Shown here: in pieces, positions 10,680 to 21,306 of the stretch
Position numbering within the stretch: the first letter of the stretch is position 1
Layout of the letters: each line of letters begins with the position of its first letter
Assembly: GCA_963749495.1 (NCBI GenBank)
Contig: CAVVMW010000021.1
Location: 224,001-288,000 of the forward strand
Length of the DNA stretch: 64,000 bases
Origin: an uncultured bacterium
GTDB taxonomy: Bacteria; Verrucomicrobiota; Verrucomicrobiia; Limisphaerales; UBA8199
Reading direction: 5' to 3'
Notes under the pieces: model-generated
Seen by the model: the letters and a program-made list of their open reading frames with translations, nothing else
The model's database searches: none
What the model was told of the DNA's origin: nothing
Program-made: the position numbers and the translations under genes

Positions 10680-11179
10680 GCCTCAGCCCCGGGTGCCGGA
10701 ACAACCACGCTGAAAATACGGTTTGTCGCCGGCCCACGCTGCCCGGCCGGCCGCTCCTGCAGCAGAGCCGCCCAAGAGGTTGTATCATTGAGCTGAAGCC
10801 CTTGCGTCAGCCGTCGTGGAGAACTCCACGTCAGAGGCGGGGGTGGAATAAGCCGCGCAAAAGCGCAAAAGACGCAAAAAGGGAGAGAATTGCACCGAGG
10901 AGGCCGCCTGGGCGGCTGGCCTGGCCTACCGGGATCAGCGCGTACTTCCTGATCTCGAACTTTGGGGCGCCGAAGTTTATCAGCATGATGTCTTGCATAG
11001 CCTATTCCTTTCTTGCGCCTTTTGCGCTTTTTCGCGGCAGAATTCCGTCTGTGCCTTTAGATGGCACAGGTCTTCATTATGCTGGCGGGTGGTTCAATGC
11101 AAGTTTATCGCGCCAGGAATCCGAAAAAGTCGCCGCTCGGGCATTCCGCGTAGCGCCATTATGAGGAGTTCACGGAGAT

Positions 11180-11610
11180 CTACGCGGAGGTTGGTACAGC
11201 AACAAAGTGCGTGGCGTCCGCCACCGAGGGCTGCCTCCGGAACTGGCCCCCCACCGGCCAGGCGCCTCCTCGCCGCCGCCCCTCAGCCTCCCGTCAAAGA
11301 AATGGCGCGACCTGACTTGTCCAACCGTAGCCTTAGCGAAGGCGGACTTGTCCCGCCGTAGCTCCAGCGAAGGCGGATCCTGCGCGTCTGGCATGTTGAT
11401 CCCCTGCTCGGTCCCGTCTGCCAAAACCCGATGCCCCTCATCGCGGTGATTGACGACCCTCGGGTGATGGAGAAGATCCTTCGCCGCCTCGCCGCGTGGC
11501 GCGACCCGACCGCCGGCCCCTCCCCACCCGGCGCTCCACGGCCTTATGCCTACGAACCCTATGGCGACGTGGACCCGACCGCCGACTACGAAAACGTGCT
11601 CACGGACTGA
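11180..11610 (+). pseudogene. C-terminal remnant of an IS91-family (Y2) transposase
   Basis: Fragments GWYSNKVRGVR, PSKKWRDL, VDPLL.PVCQNPM.LIAVIDDPRVMEKILRRL...DYENVLTD*; interrupted by a ccgtagc...gcgaaggcgga repeat. Confidence 0.7.
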
Positions 11611-11927
11611 GAATCGTCCTCCGGAAGGCCGGTTCGGAGGCGGGCCTTTTTCTCGCGGAGGCATCTTCCCGGCCCCGTCGGCACACCGCCGACACCCCTG
11701 CCGCGCAGCTTTCAGCCGCTGAGCCGGTCCTCAGGCGCGACCACGCTCAACCGCCCCCGTGCTGCGCCCAAACGGGCAAGAAACCGGCAAAATCCGACGC
11801 TTGACACCCTCGTCCCCATCTCGCAGAATGGCAGCGGAATGAACGAGACGCAAAACCAATTCTCCCTCACCCCCCCAGCGTCAATAACCGGCGGCGCGGC
11901 AAAAAAGCAATTTCCTATGCGTTTTTT

Positions 11928-12710
11928 ATGAAAGATACACCTCGTAGATGTTTTGGCACGCACGACGACGACCTTGGATGCCCTAAGCTGCGCAGACTCT
12001 TCCAGAATAAGCCGTTCCAATGCCAGAACCCCACCAATGCAGCCCTCGTCTTCGTGGGCCTCGATGCCAACTGGGATCAGCATGTGCAGTCGGATCCAAA
12101 CTGGGGCTTGGTTGAGCAGTACCTTGAAAATGGAGTCTCGTTCTGGAAAAGGCACCACCGACACCACCCGTTGTTGCTGATGCCGCGTACCGAGGAAGGG
12201 TTGCCGATGCCGGGTGCCGTGGAAGGCAAGTCATACCATGACCGACTCGAGAAACTGCTGCGTATGGTGAACCCGGATTGCGAGGTCAGGACCAAGCAAT
12301 TCCCGAGCAAAGTCTCCTTCGTCGAATTACTCGGCGTCCCGACCTACGGCAAATTGACGAAAGCTCCCGGATTATTCAGAAAGTTGCTCCAAAGCCGCCA
12401 GAACCTGCAGCATCTGAAAAGTAATATCATAAAGCCAGTCTTCAATTGCAAACGGCCCAAAATCGTGTTCCTCGTTGGCATCGGGACGCTCAGGACTCTC
12501 CTACGACTAAAGAAGCATGAGCCTATGCTCAATGAGCTCGATGTTAACCGGCAGTTACCGTTCCCGAGGCAGAACGACACGGAAATTCGCCCATTGAAGT
12601 GGGGGAACCCAAACTGCCAGATTTACCCTATGACCCATTTCTCTGCCGCAATCTCCAACTGTCACCTCAAAGCAGTGGCCAGAATAATCAGGGCCAGCAA
12701 GTTCCCTTGA
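11928..12710 (+). CDS. Hypothetical protein, possibly uracil-DNA-glycosylase-like fold
   Basis: 260 aa, visibly more AT-rich; LVFVGLDAN, RPKIVFLVG, THFS motifs. Confidence 0.55.
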   Translation: MKDTPRRCFGTHDDDLGCPKLRRLFQNKPFQCQNPTNAALVFVGLDANWDQHVQSDPNWGLVEQYLENGVSFWKRHHRHHPLLLMPRTEEGLPMPGAVEGKSYHDRLEKLLRMVNPDCEVRTKQFPSKVSFVELLGVPTYGKLTKAPGLFRKLLQSRQNLQHLKSNIIKPVFNCKRPKIVFLVGIGTLRTLLRLKKHEPMLNELDVNRQLPFPRQNDTEIRPLKWGNPNCQIYPMTHFSAAISNCHLKAVARIIRASKFP

Positions 12711-12844
12711 GCGGCTGCTGACGCCCCGTCCGCCAACCCCGGCCTGAGCCCGACATCGCAGATTTTGGCGGCTTTCCGGCTCCGCGGCGAAGAAGGCCCG
12801 AAAACGGCAAAAACGCACTTTCTTCGAGAAAAAGCCGTGGCAAG

Positions 12845-13185
12845 TGTCAGTCCTCACTTTTGACAGCTTTAGCGGGATGCGACACCCCCCCCCCCATTCA
12901 ACCTCCCAAGCTGCGCATTCAATATCCGCGCGCCACGTATCACCTGATGAGTCGCTCCGACCACCGGGATAACACCCGACCACCCCCTCGCCAAAGTGGC
13001 TCGGCCCTGACTGCTTGCCGACCTGCTCCACCAACTCCCGCCGAAATTCCTGCCCGCCCGGGTACCAGCCCCGCTCCACCGGCTTGACCTCCTCGGCCTC
13101 GCCTCCTCGACGCCGCGACTCCATCCGCTCCCCACACGCCTGCCGCCATCAAAACAACAATACCATCTGATTAACTCACTCCTTC
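12845..13185. pseudogene. Scrambled remnants of a RAYT/Y1-type transposase element
   Basis: + strand KLRIQYPRATYHLMSR (N-terminus); - strand EEVKPVERGWYPGGQEFRRELV...HFGE. Confidence 0.6.
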
Positions 13186-13712
13186 ATGCCCCCTTTTCGA
13201 TAAACGGTTTGGAACGGTTGGGAATCCTTTCAGAATCGAGCGCCGTAAAATGCCTCCGCGAGAGAGAGGGGCAGCACCCAAGCGCAGGACTTCCATTTCC
13301 GCTCTCATGTCCGCCAGTTGCTTGCGCAGGTTGTTGAACCCACCAGCCACCGAGCCACTGAGCCGTTGGGAAGAATTGGCTTGACTGCTGCCGCTGATCT
13401 GCCAATAATCCGCTCATGTGTGAAACACTACGAACGGAAACCATTCCGGGACTGAGCCCAGGACAAGAACTGAGGCGGAGGTGGTTGGAGGGCAACCTTC
13501 TGCGATTGGAGTTCAAGGGCTTCGGCCCTGTGGTCCTGACACAGCTATTCCCAAAACCGAGAGACAGGCGGAGATGGGCGAAATTCGAGATGAAATACGA
13601 GCAATACGAGCAAGTTTCGTCCGCTACGAAAACCCAGGTCGCCACCAGAACAAACCCGACCAGATAACCCATGACACGGTTTGACCCGGTTCGGCGAGCG
13701 ATTTGCGCAGTG

Positions 13713-16700
13713 ATGACGACGAAAGCCTCCATTGCGAGAACAGCCTGCCCGAAGGCTATGCCCACTCGTTTCAGAGCCGCGTCCGCCACGAGATTGCTGC
13801 CGCTGCTGTTGGTGTTGGCGCTACCCGGCGTGGTGCAAGCCCAATACGACTACACGACAAATAACGGCACGATCACCGTCACTAAGTACACAGGTTATGG
13901 CGGGCCGGTGATTATTCCGAGCGCCATCAATGGCCTGCCGGTCACCAGCATCGGGCACGCGGCGTTCTTCTATTGCGCCAGCCTGACCAGCGTCACGATC
14001 CCCAACAGCGTCACCAGCATCGGGGACTCGGCGTTCTCTGACTGCACCGCCCTGACCAACGCCACGATCGGCAACAGCGTCACCAGCATCGGGGCCGAGG
14101 CGTTCGAGGACTGCACCGGCCTGACCGGCGTTACGATCCCCAATAGGGTCACCAGCATTGGGGACTCGGCGTTCCTTGGCACCAGCCTGACCAGCGTGAC
14201 GATCCCCAACAGCGTCACCAGCATTGGGGACTCGGCTTTCTTTGGCACCAGCCTCACCACCGTGACGATCCCTAGCAGCGTCACGAGCATGGAACCGGCG
14301 TTCGAGGGCTGCACCCGACTGACGGAGATCACGGTGAATGAACCCAACCCCACCTATAGCAGCGTGGGTGGGGTCCTGTTTGACAAGAGCCAGACCACGC
14401 TCGTCGAATACCCGGGGGGCATGGCCGGAAGCTACACGATTCCCAACAGCGTCACCAGCATCGGGGCCGAGGCGTTCGAGGACTGCACCGGCCTGACCAG
14501 CGTTACGATCCCCGATAGGGTCACCACCGTTGGGGACTCGGCGTTCCTTGGCACCAGCCTGACCAGCGTCACAATCCCCAACGGCGTCGCCAACATCGGG
14601 GACTCCGCGTTCGCTCAGTGCTACAAGCTGAGCAGCGCCACTGTCCCCAACAGCGTCACCAGCATCGGCGGCTATGCGTTTAACTATTGCACCAGCCTGA
14701 CAAACGCCACGATCGGCAACAGCGTCACCAACGTCGGCGGCTATACGTTTGACCATTGCACCAGCCTGACCAGCGTCACGATCCCCAACAGCGTCACCAG
14801 CATCGGGGACTCGGCGTTCTCTGGCAGCGGTCTGACCAGCGTCACGATTCCAAGCAGGGTCACCAACATCGGGGCCGAGGCCTTCTCTGGCTGCACCGCC
14901 CTGACCAACGCCACGATCGGCGACAGCGTCATTACCGTCGGGAACTCGGCGTTCTCTGGCAGCGGTCTGACCAGCGTCACGATCCCCAACGGCGTCACCA
15001 GCATCGGGAACTCGGCGTTCGCTCAGTGCTACAGCCTGACCAGCGTCGCCATTCCCAACAGCGTCACCAGCATCGGGGCTCGGCGTTCGCTGAATGCCCC
15101 CTCACCAGCGTCACGATCCCCAACAGCGTCACCAGCATCGCGGACTCGGCGTTCGCTCAGTGCGCCGGCCTGACCAGCGTCACGATCCCCAACAGCGTCA
15201 CCAGCATCGGGGACTCTGCGTTCTCTGGCACCAGCCTGACCAGCGCCACAATCCCCAACAGCGTCACTAACATCGGGGCCTCGGCGTTCTCAGACTGCAC
15301 CGCCCTGACGAACGCCGCGATCGGCAACAGCGTCACCAGCATCGGAGAGGGGGCGTTCTCTGGCTGCACCAGCCTGACCGGCGTGACGATTCCCAACAGC
15401 GTCACCAGCATCGGGGCCTCGGCGTTCGCTGACTGCACCGCCCTCACCAACGCCACGATCGGCAACGGCGTCACCAGCATCGGGAGCGAGACCTTCGAGG
15501 GCTGCTCCGGCCTGACCTCAATCACGGTGGATGCCCTCAATTCCAGCTATAGCAGTGTGGCAGGCGTCTTGTTCGACAAGAGTCAGACTACCCTCATCGC
15601 CTGCCCGGAGGGGAAAGCGGGAGGCTACACCATCCCCAACAGCGTCACCACCATCGGGGACTCGGCGTTCGCTCAGTGCTACACCCTGACGAGCGTCGCC
15701 ATCCCCAACAGCGTAACCAGCATCGGGCACTGGGCGTTCTCTGACTGCCTCCTCGCCAGCGTCACAATCCCCAACAGCGTGACCAACATCGGGCAGGACG
15801 CATTCGAGGAATGCACCCTCCTCACCAGCCTCACCATAGGCAACGGCCCCGCCAGCATTGGGGACAGTGCGTTCGCTAGCTGCTTCAGCCTGACCAGCGT
15901 CACGATCCCCAACAGCGTCACCAATATCGGTACCAATGCGTTTGGGGGCTGCACGAGCCTGACCAACGTCTCGATTGGCAACAGCGTCACCAGCATCGGG
16001 GACAGTGCGTTCGCTAGCTGCTTCAGCCTGACCAGCGTCACAATCCCCAACAGCGTCACCAGCATCGGGGACTCGGCGTTCACTGGCGGCACCAGACTGA
16101 TAACAGTCTATTTTCAGGGTAATGCCCCGAGCGTCGGTGCGGGTGTGTTTTCCGGTGACAGCAATGCGACCATCTATTACTTGTCGGGGACCACGGGCTG
16201 GGGGACGACGTTTGGCGGCCTCCCAGCCGTCCTGTGGTGCCCGGCGCCGCCAGGCTACGCTTACGCGACCACTAACGGCGCGGTCACCATCACAGGATAC
16301 ACCGGTCCTGGCGGGTCGGTCACCATCCCCAGCACGATCAACTGCCTGCCGGTCAGCAGCATCGGGGACGAGGCGTTCTCCAACTGCACCAGCCTCACCA
16401 GCGTCACGATTCCTGACAGCGTCACGAACATTGGGGACTACGCGTTCTGCAGCTGCACCAGCCTGACCAACTCCACGATCGGCGGCAGCGTCACCAGCAT
16501 CGGGGACTATGCGTTTAAGTACTGCATTAGCCTGACCAGCGTCACGATTCCTGAAAGCGCCACCAACATTGGCGACTATGCGTTCTGTAGCTGCTCCAGC
16601 CTGGCCAACGCCACGATCGGCAACAAGGTCACCAGCATCGGGAGCTATGCGTTTAACTATTGTACCAGCCTGACCAGCGCCGCAATCCCCAGCAGCGTCA

Positions 16701-17815
16701 CCAACATCGGGGCCTCGGCGTTCTCTGACTGCACCGCCCTGACCAACGCCACGATCGGCAACAGCGTGACCAGCATCGGAGAGGGGGCGTTCTCTGGCTG
16801 CACCAGCCTGACCGGCGTGACGATTCCCAACAGCGTCACCAGCATCGGGGACTCGGCGTTCTATGACTGCACCAACCTAACCGGAGTCTATTTTCAGGGT
16901 AACGCCCCCAGCGTTGGTTCGTCGGTGTTCTCCGGTGACAGCAATGCGGCCGTCTATTACTTGCCAGGCACCACGGGCTGGGGGACGACGTTTGGCGGTC
17001 TTCATTCGGTGCTGTGGAACCCGCCCGTGCCCTACACTTACACGACCTACAACGGCACGGTCACGATCACGGGATACACCGGTCCTGGCGGTGCGGTAAC
17101 CCTCCCCAGCGGGATCAATTTCGTGCCGGTCACGGCCATTGCGGCCGGGGCGTTCGAGGACTGCCTCACCCTGGCCAGCGTCACGATCCCAAGCAGCGTC
17201 ACCAACATCGGGGCCGAGGCGTTCCAGGGCTGCATCAGCCTGGCCAGCGTCACGATCCCCAACAGCGTCACTAGCATCGGGGTCCAAGCGTTCGACTACT
17301 GCGCCAGCCTGACCAGCGTCACGATCTCCAGCAGCGTCACCAGCATCGGGTACGCGGCGTTCGACGACTGCCTCAGCCTCACCACCGTCACGATCCCCAG
17401 CAGCGTCACCAACGTCGGAGTCGAGGCGTTCGATGGCTGCATCAGCCTGACCAGCGTCTATTTCGAGGGTAGCGCCCCCAGTGTGAGTGGGCTTGCCTTC
17501 CTTTCTGACAGCAACGCGACGGTCTATTACTTGGCTGGGACCAAGGGATGGGACACGACGTTTGCCGGTCTTCCCACCGCGCTGTGGTCCCCGCCGGAAG
17601 TTACTTTCGCGAGCTTCGGTGTCAGGACCAATCGCTTTGGGTTCACGATCAACTGGGCCAGCGGCATGAGCGTAGTGGTGGAGGCCAGCACGAATCTCGC
17701 CAACCCCGTCTGGTATCCGGTGGCGACGAACACACTTAGCAGCGGCTCATCCTATTTCAGCGACCCGCAGTGCACGAACTATCCCAGTCGTTTCTACCGC
17801 CTGCGCTGGCCGTAA
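13713..17815 (+). CDS. BspA-like leucine-rich repeat (LRR_5) surface protein, frameshift near 15078
   Basis: Signal peptide ending VVQA-Q; dozens of LTSVTIPNSVTSIGxxAFxxC repeats; C-terminal VEASTNL...RFYRL. Confidence 0.93.
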
Positions 17816-18156
17816 GGCGCGGGAACGGGAGTCGGTTTCGCCCAGGGCAGCAGCGCCCGGTTCTGCGCGAGTTGCTTGGCCTTGCCGCCATTCCCGATGG
17901 GCCTGCCCCAGTGGGCGATGCGGACCGGGGCGGCGAGCGCGTTGGTCAGCCTCACGATCAGGTGCTCGACAGCTCGCGCTCCCGGTCCGCAACCCGCGCT
18001 GGCCTGCCATGCACTCCCCATCCCTGGAGGCGTCGAGGGGCTCGCCGTGGAAGTTTTAAGCGGTTTACAGGTTGGAAAGCACTGCTGCAATGAAACCACG
18101 AGGCGTGATGCAGCGCACGCCATAGGGTCTCTCCAGGTCCAGGAGATCGGCGTCAT

Positions 18157-18432
18157 TCAAGGACGGCGATGAGCTTCATGCCGTGTCAGGAGTCTCCTTC
18201 TGACCTTCTTGACTCGTGTGACTATTTCCGCAATCGGAACGGGACCATCGCCGCCATCGCGCTTGTCCAGCTTCTCGAACTCCGCCTCCAGCCTGGCAAG
18301 CTCTTTCTCCCGTTCCCGACGGATCAGGTCCCGGATGACGTCGCTGGCAGAAACAAAGCCGCCTTCCTCTTTGCGGGACTTCACCCAGGCGGCCTGGTCT
18401 TGCGCGAGTGATATGTTCAATGTCGTCGCCAT
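18157..18432 (-). CDS. ParD-like ribbon-helix-helix antitoxin (orphan)
   Basis: MATTLNISL...GGFVSASDVIRDLIR; overlapping downstream ORF MKLIAVLE* looks like a truncated PIN start. Confidence 0.7.
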   Translation of the reverse strand: MATTLNISLAQDQAAWVKSRKEEGGFVSASDVIRDLIRREREKELARLEAEFEKLDKRDGGDGPVPIAEIVTRVKKVRRRLLTRHEAHRRP

Positions 18433-18551
18433 AAACTGAAAATACGGTTTACATGGATTTTGGCAAGATCCAACGCGGCACAAAGGATGAATATTCTGGA
18501 GGTGGCCCACGGAAAAACCGCCTCTTGTCGGGAGCCTTTGCAACTGCGGAC

Positions 18552-18750
18552 TCACTCGAAGGCGGTCCGCAAGATCGAACCACGTGCAAGCGGGCCACGC
18601 GGGAGAATGCCTCGTCCCGGCTCACCAACCGATGTCCCCAGACGCGGGCCGTGCCTGCTATCCAACTGTCAAAAGGTCGTATCAGTCAGCACGGTTGGCC
18701 TTCTGTTTTCGCCGCCGCACTTTCTCGAGCGCGTCATAATCCACGTTCAC
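18552..18750 (-). pseudogene. Internally deleted VapBC-type remnant
   Basis: VDYDALEKVRRRKQKANRAD* overlapping VLTDTTFL, joined to DSWIAGTARVWGHRLVSRDEAFSRV. Confidence 0.55.
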
Positions 18751-18968
18751 CGGACCGTCCAAGTCCGCCAGGTGCCTTTCCAGGTCGCCAAAGTCCGGGA
18801 CCGACCCTTTCAGACCCTTTCAGGACCCTTTCATGCCCCGCCTGCCATGCCCGCAAATCAACCGGCCACAAACCCGCTGCACCTCTTCACTGTGACGTTC
18901 TGCTCACGAGGCGCCGCAGCAACGCTCATTGCAGAATTGCTGGGATGGCGGGGTCGTGACACTTTGGG

Positions 18969-21077
18969 GTGATGAAGTCGCGAAAAGTGACACCGCGGCA
19001 ACAGCCCGTCGATCCGCTGGAGCCGGGGCGCAATGCCGGGGTGCATCGCCGCCAGCGGTGGTTTTGGCTGGCTGCCCTGATGCTTCCCCTAGTCGTGCTT
19101 TTGACGGCAGAACTTGGTCTGCGCCTGGCCGGATATGGTTACCCGACTGCCTTTTTCCTCGAACGGGCGCAGGGTGGCCACCGTGTGCTGGTTCAGAATC
19201 AGCGCTTTGGTTATCGTTTCTTTCCGCCACGCCTGGCGCGCACTCCTCAGCCGCTTGTGATGGATGCGCAAAAGCCGCCGCAAACGTATCGCATTTTTGT
19301 GTTTGGCGAATCGGCCGCGATGGGCGATCCCGACCCGGATTTTGGCCCGGCGCGCATGTTGCAGGTGATGTTGGAGGACCAGTACCCCGGCACAACGTTC
19401 GAAGTGGTGAACGCAGCCATGACGGCGATCAACTCACACGCCGTGCGAGAGATCGCGCACGATTGCACTTCCCGCGAGGGCGACCTGTGGGTGGTCTATA
19501 TGGGCAACAACGAAGTGATCGGTCCGTTTGGCGCAGGGACAATTTTTGGCGCTGCCGTTCCCAACCGTGCTGTCATCCGGCTCACCCTCGCGCTGGGACA
19601 AACCAGATTAGGCCAATTGGCCGAGGCGTTGGGCCGAAGGCCCCTTGGCGGGCAGCCGATGCCAAACACTTGGGGCGGGCTGAAGATGTTTCTCGGTCAT
19701 CAAGTCCGCTCGGATGATCCGCGCCTGGGACGAGTCCGGGAACACTATGGGCGAAACCTGGCGGAGATCATCAGTCTAGGCCGCGCCGCCGGTGCTAAAG
19801 TTGTGGTCTGCACTGTCGCCAGCAACCTCAAGGAGTGCGCGCCGTTCGGCTCCCAGCACCGGTGCAGCCTGACCTCCCAACAACTCAGCGCATGGCAGAA
19901 AGTCTTCGACCAGGGAGTGGCGCTTGAGACAGCCCGCCAGTTTGCCGATGCGCTGGTGTTTTACCGCCAGGCTGCTGAGATTGACGATTCCTTTGCAGCC
20001 CTTCAATTCCGTCTCGGCCATTGCCTGCTGGCCCTGGATAAATCCGCTGAGGCGCGGCGGGCGTTCGAGCGGGCGCGCGACGAGGACACCTTGCGTTTCC
20101 GCTCCGATACGCAGAACAACGAAATCGTTCGCGCGGTGGCGGCGAACCGCGCTGCCGAGGGCGTGTACCTGGTGGACACAGAACAAGAATTGGCCCGGCA
20201 AAGTCCGCATGGCATCCCTGGCCTCGACATCTTTTGGGAGCATGTGCACTTCAATTTCGCCGGCACCCATGCGTTGGCTGAGAGCCTCGCGCGGCAGGTC
20301 GCGGGGATTCTGCCGGGTTCTGTTAGGCAAGCGCGCGCGAGCCGGCCCTGGTTGTCCACGCAAGCATGCGCGCAGCGGCTGACCTATTGCCGCTGGGACG
20401 ACCACAACATCCTCTCCGAGATCTACCGCCGGCAGCAGACTGCGCCCTGCACCCTGCAACTGGACCACGCGGAACGCGACCGGCTGTGGCAGCGGAAACT
20501 GGCCGAACAGCAACCTGCCATCCAAGGGGCGCCGCTCCGGCAACAAGTCGCTGGTGTTCAAGCGGTGGTGCGCGTCCATCCGACCGACTGGGTATTACAC
20601 AAAAACCTGGGGCAACTTCTGGAAGCCGCCGGCGATCTTTCCGCTGCACTTGAGGAGTGGCGGCGCGTATCCGAAATGGTGCCCCAATACGGTAATGCCT
20701 GGTACCACCTCGGCAATCTGCTCGACATGCAGGGCAAGAGCGCCGAAGCGCAAGCGAATTTTGAGAGGGCGCTCGACCTCAGTCCCTACATGGCCGAGGC
20801 CATGAATGGCTTGGGCCTGGCACTCGCTGCCCAAGGCAAGTTCGACCGGGCCTTTCGGCAGTATGCCAAAGCCATTGAGACGAATCCCGAGTCCATTCAC
20901 GCCTACATCAACTGGGGCCTGGGTCTGGAAGAACTCGGTCACCGCCGCCAGGCCGTTGAGCAATTTCAGGAAGTGTTGCGGGTGGATCCTGCCAACCCGG
21001 CTGCCCAAGCCGCCCTGGGCCGCCTGCAACCACAGGATCAGGCTGCGGGCTCCGCTGGCGCTCCCGCGTCGAAGTGA
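18969..21077 (+). CDS. SGNH-like plus tetratricopeptide repeat membrane-anchored protein
   Basis: TM helix, FVFGESAAMG, YMGNNE, EHVH, C-terminal TPRs. Confidence 0.8.
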   Translation: MMKSRKVTPRQQPVDPLEPGRNAGVHRRQRWFWLAALMLPLVVLLTAELGLRLAGYGYPTAFFLERAQGGHRVLVQNQRFGYRFFPPRLARTPQPLVMDAQKPPQTYRIFVFGESAAMGDPDPDFGPARMLQVMLEDQYPGTTFEVVNAAMTAINSHAVREIAHDCTSREGDLWVVYMGNNEVIGPFGAGTIFGAAVPNRAVIRLTLALGQTRLGQLAEALGRRPLGGQPMPNTWGGLKMFLGHQVRSDDPRLGRVREHYGRNLAEIISLGRAAGAKVVVCTVASNLKECAPFGSQHRCSLTSQQLSAWQKVFDQGVALETARQFADALVFYRQAAEIDDSFAALQFRLGHCLLALDKSAEARRAFERARDEDTLRFRSDTQNNEIVRAVAANRAAEGVYLVDTEQELARQSPHGIPGLDIFWEHVHFNFAGTHALAESLARQVAGILPGSVRQARASRPWLSTQACAQRLTYCRWDDHNILSEIYRRQQTAPCTLQLDHAERDRLWQRKLAEQQPAIQGAPLRQQVAGVQAVVRVHPTDWVLHKNLGQLLEAAGDLSAALEEWRRVSEMVPQYGNAWYHLGNLLDMQGKSAEAQANFERALDLSPYMAEAMNGLGLALAAQGKFDRAFRQYAKAIETNPESIHAYINWGLGLEELGHRRQAVEQFQEVLRVDPANPAAQAALGRLQPQDQAAGSAGAPASK

Positions 21078-21306
21078 GTTCTCAAGTCCGAAGGAAAAGC
21101 GACCGGGAATTGCTGCCCGGTCGCTCGTCGTGGGCACCAGAGCCGTTTATTGGCCCGGTGGCCTGTTTCACCCAAATCCGAGCCTGAACGCTAGCGAGGC
21201 AGGGCCTCAGACCGTGGCTTGGGCATCTTGCCCAACCCCCCCCACGGGCAGGATGCCCGTGCCACAAACTTGACCTGTCTGCATCACGTTTTGAAATTCA
21301 AGGCCT

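Noticed and set aside
10855..11040. GxxExxY-like gene fragment (LISNFGAPKF) inside a cgcaaaa inverted repeat
   Set aside because: Too short to support as a feature.
13713..17815. Diversity-generating retroelement in the BspA or NHL repeats
   Set aside because: The repeats are in-frame protein repeats; no reverse transcriptase and no adenine-specific template/variable pair seen.
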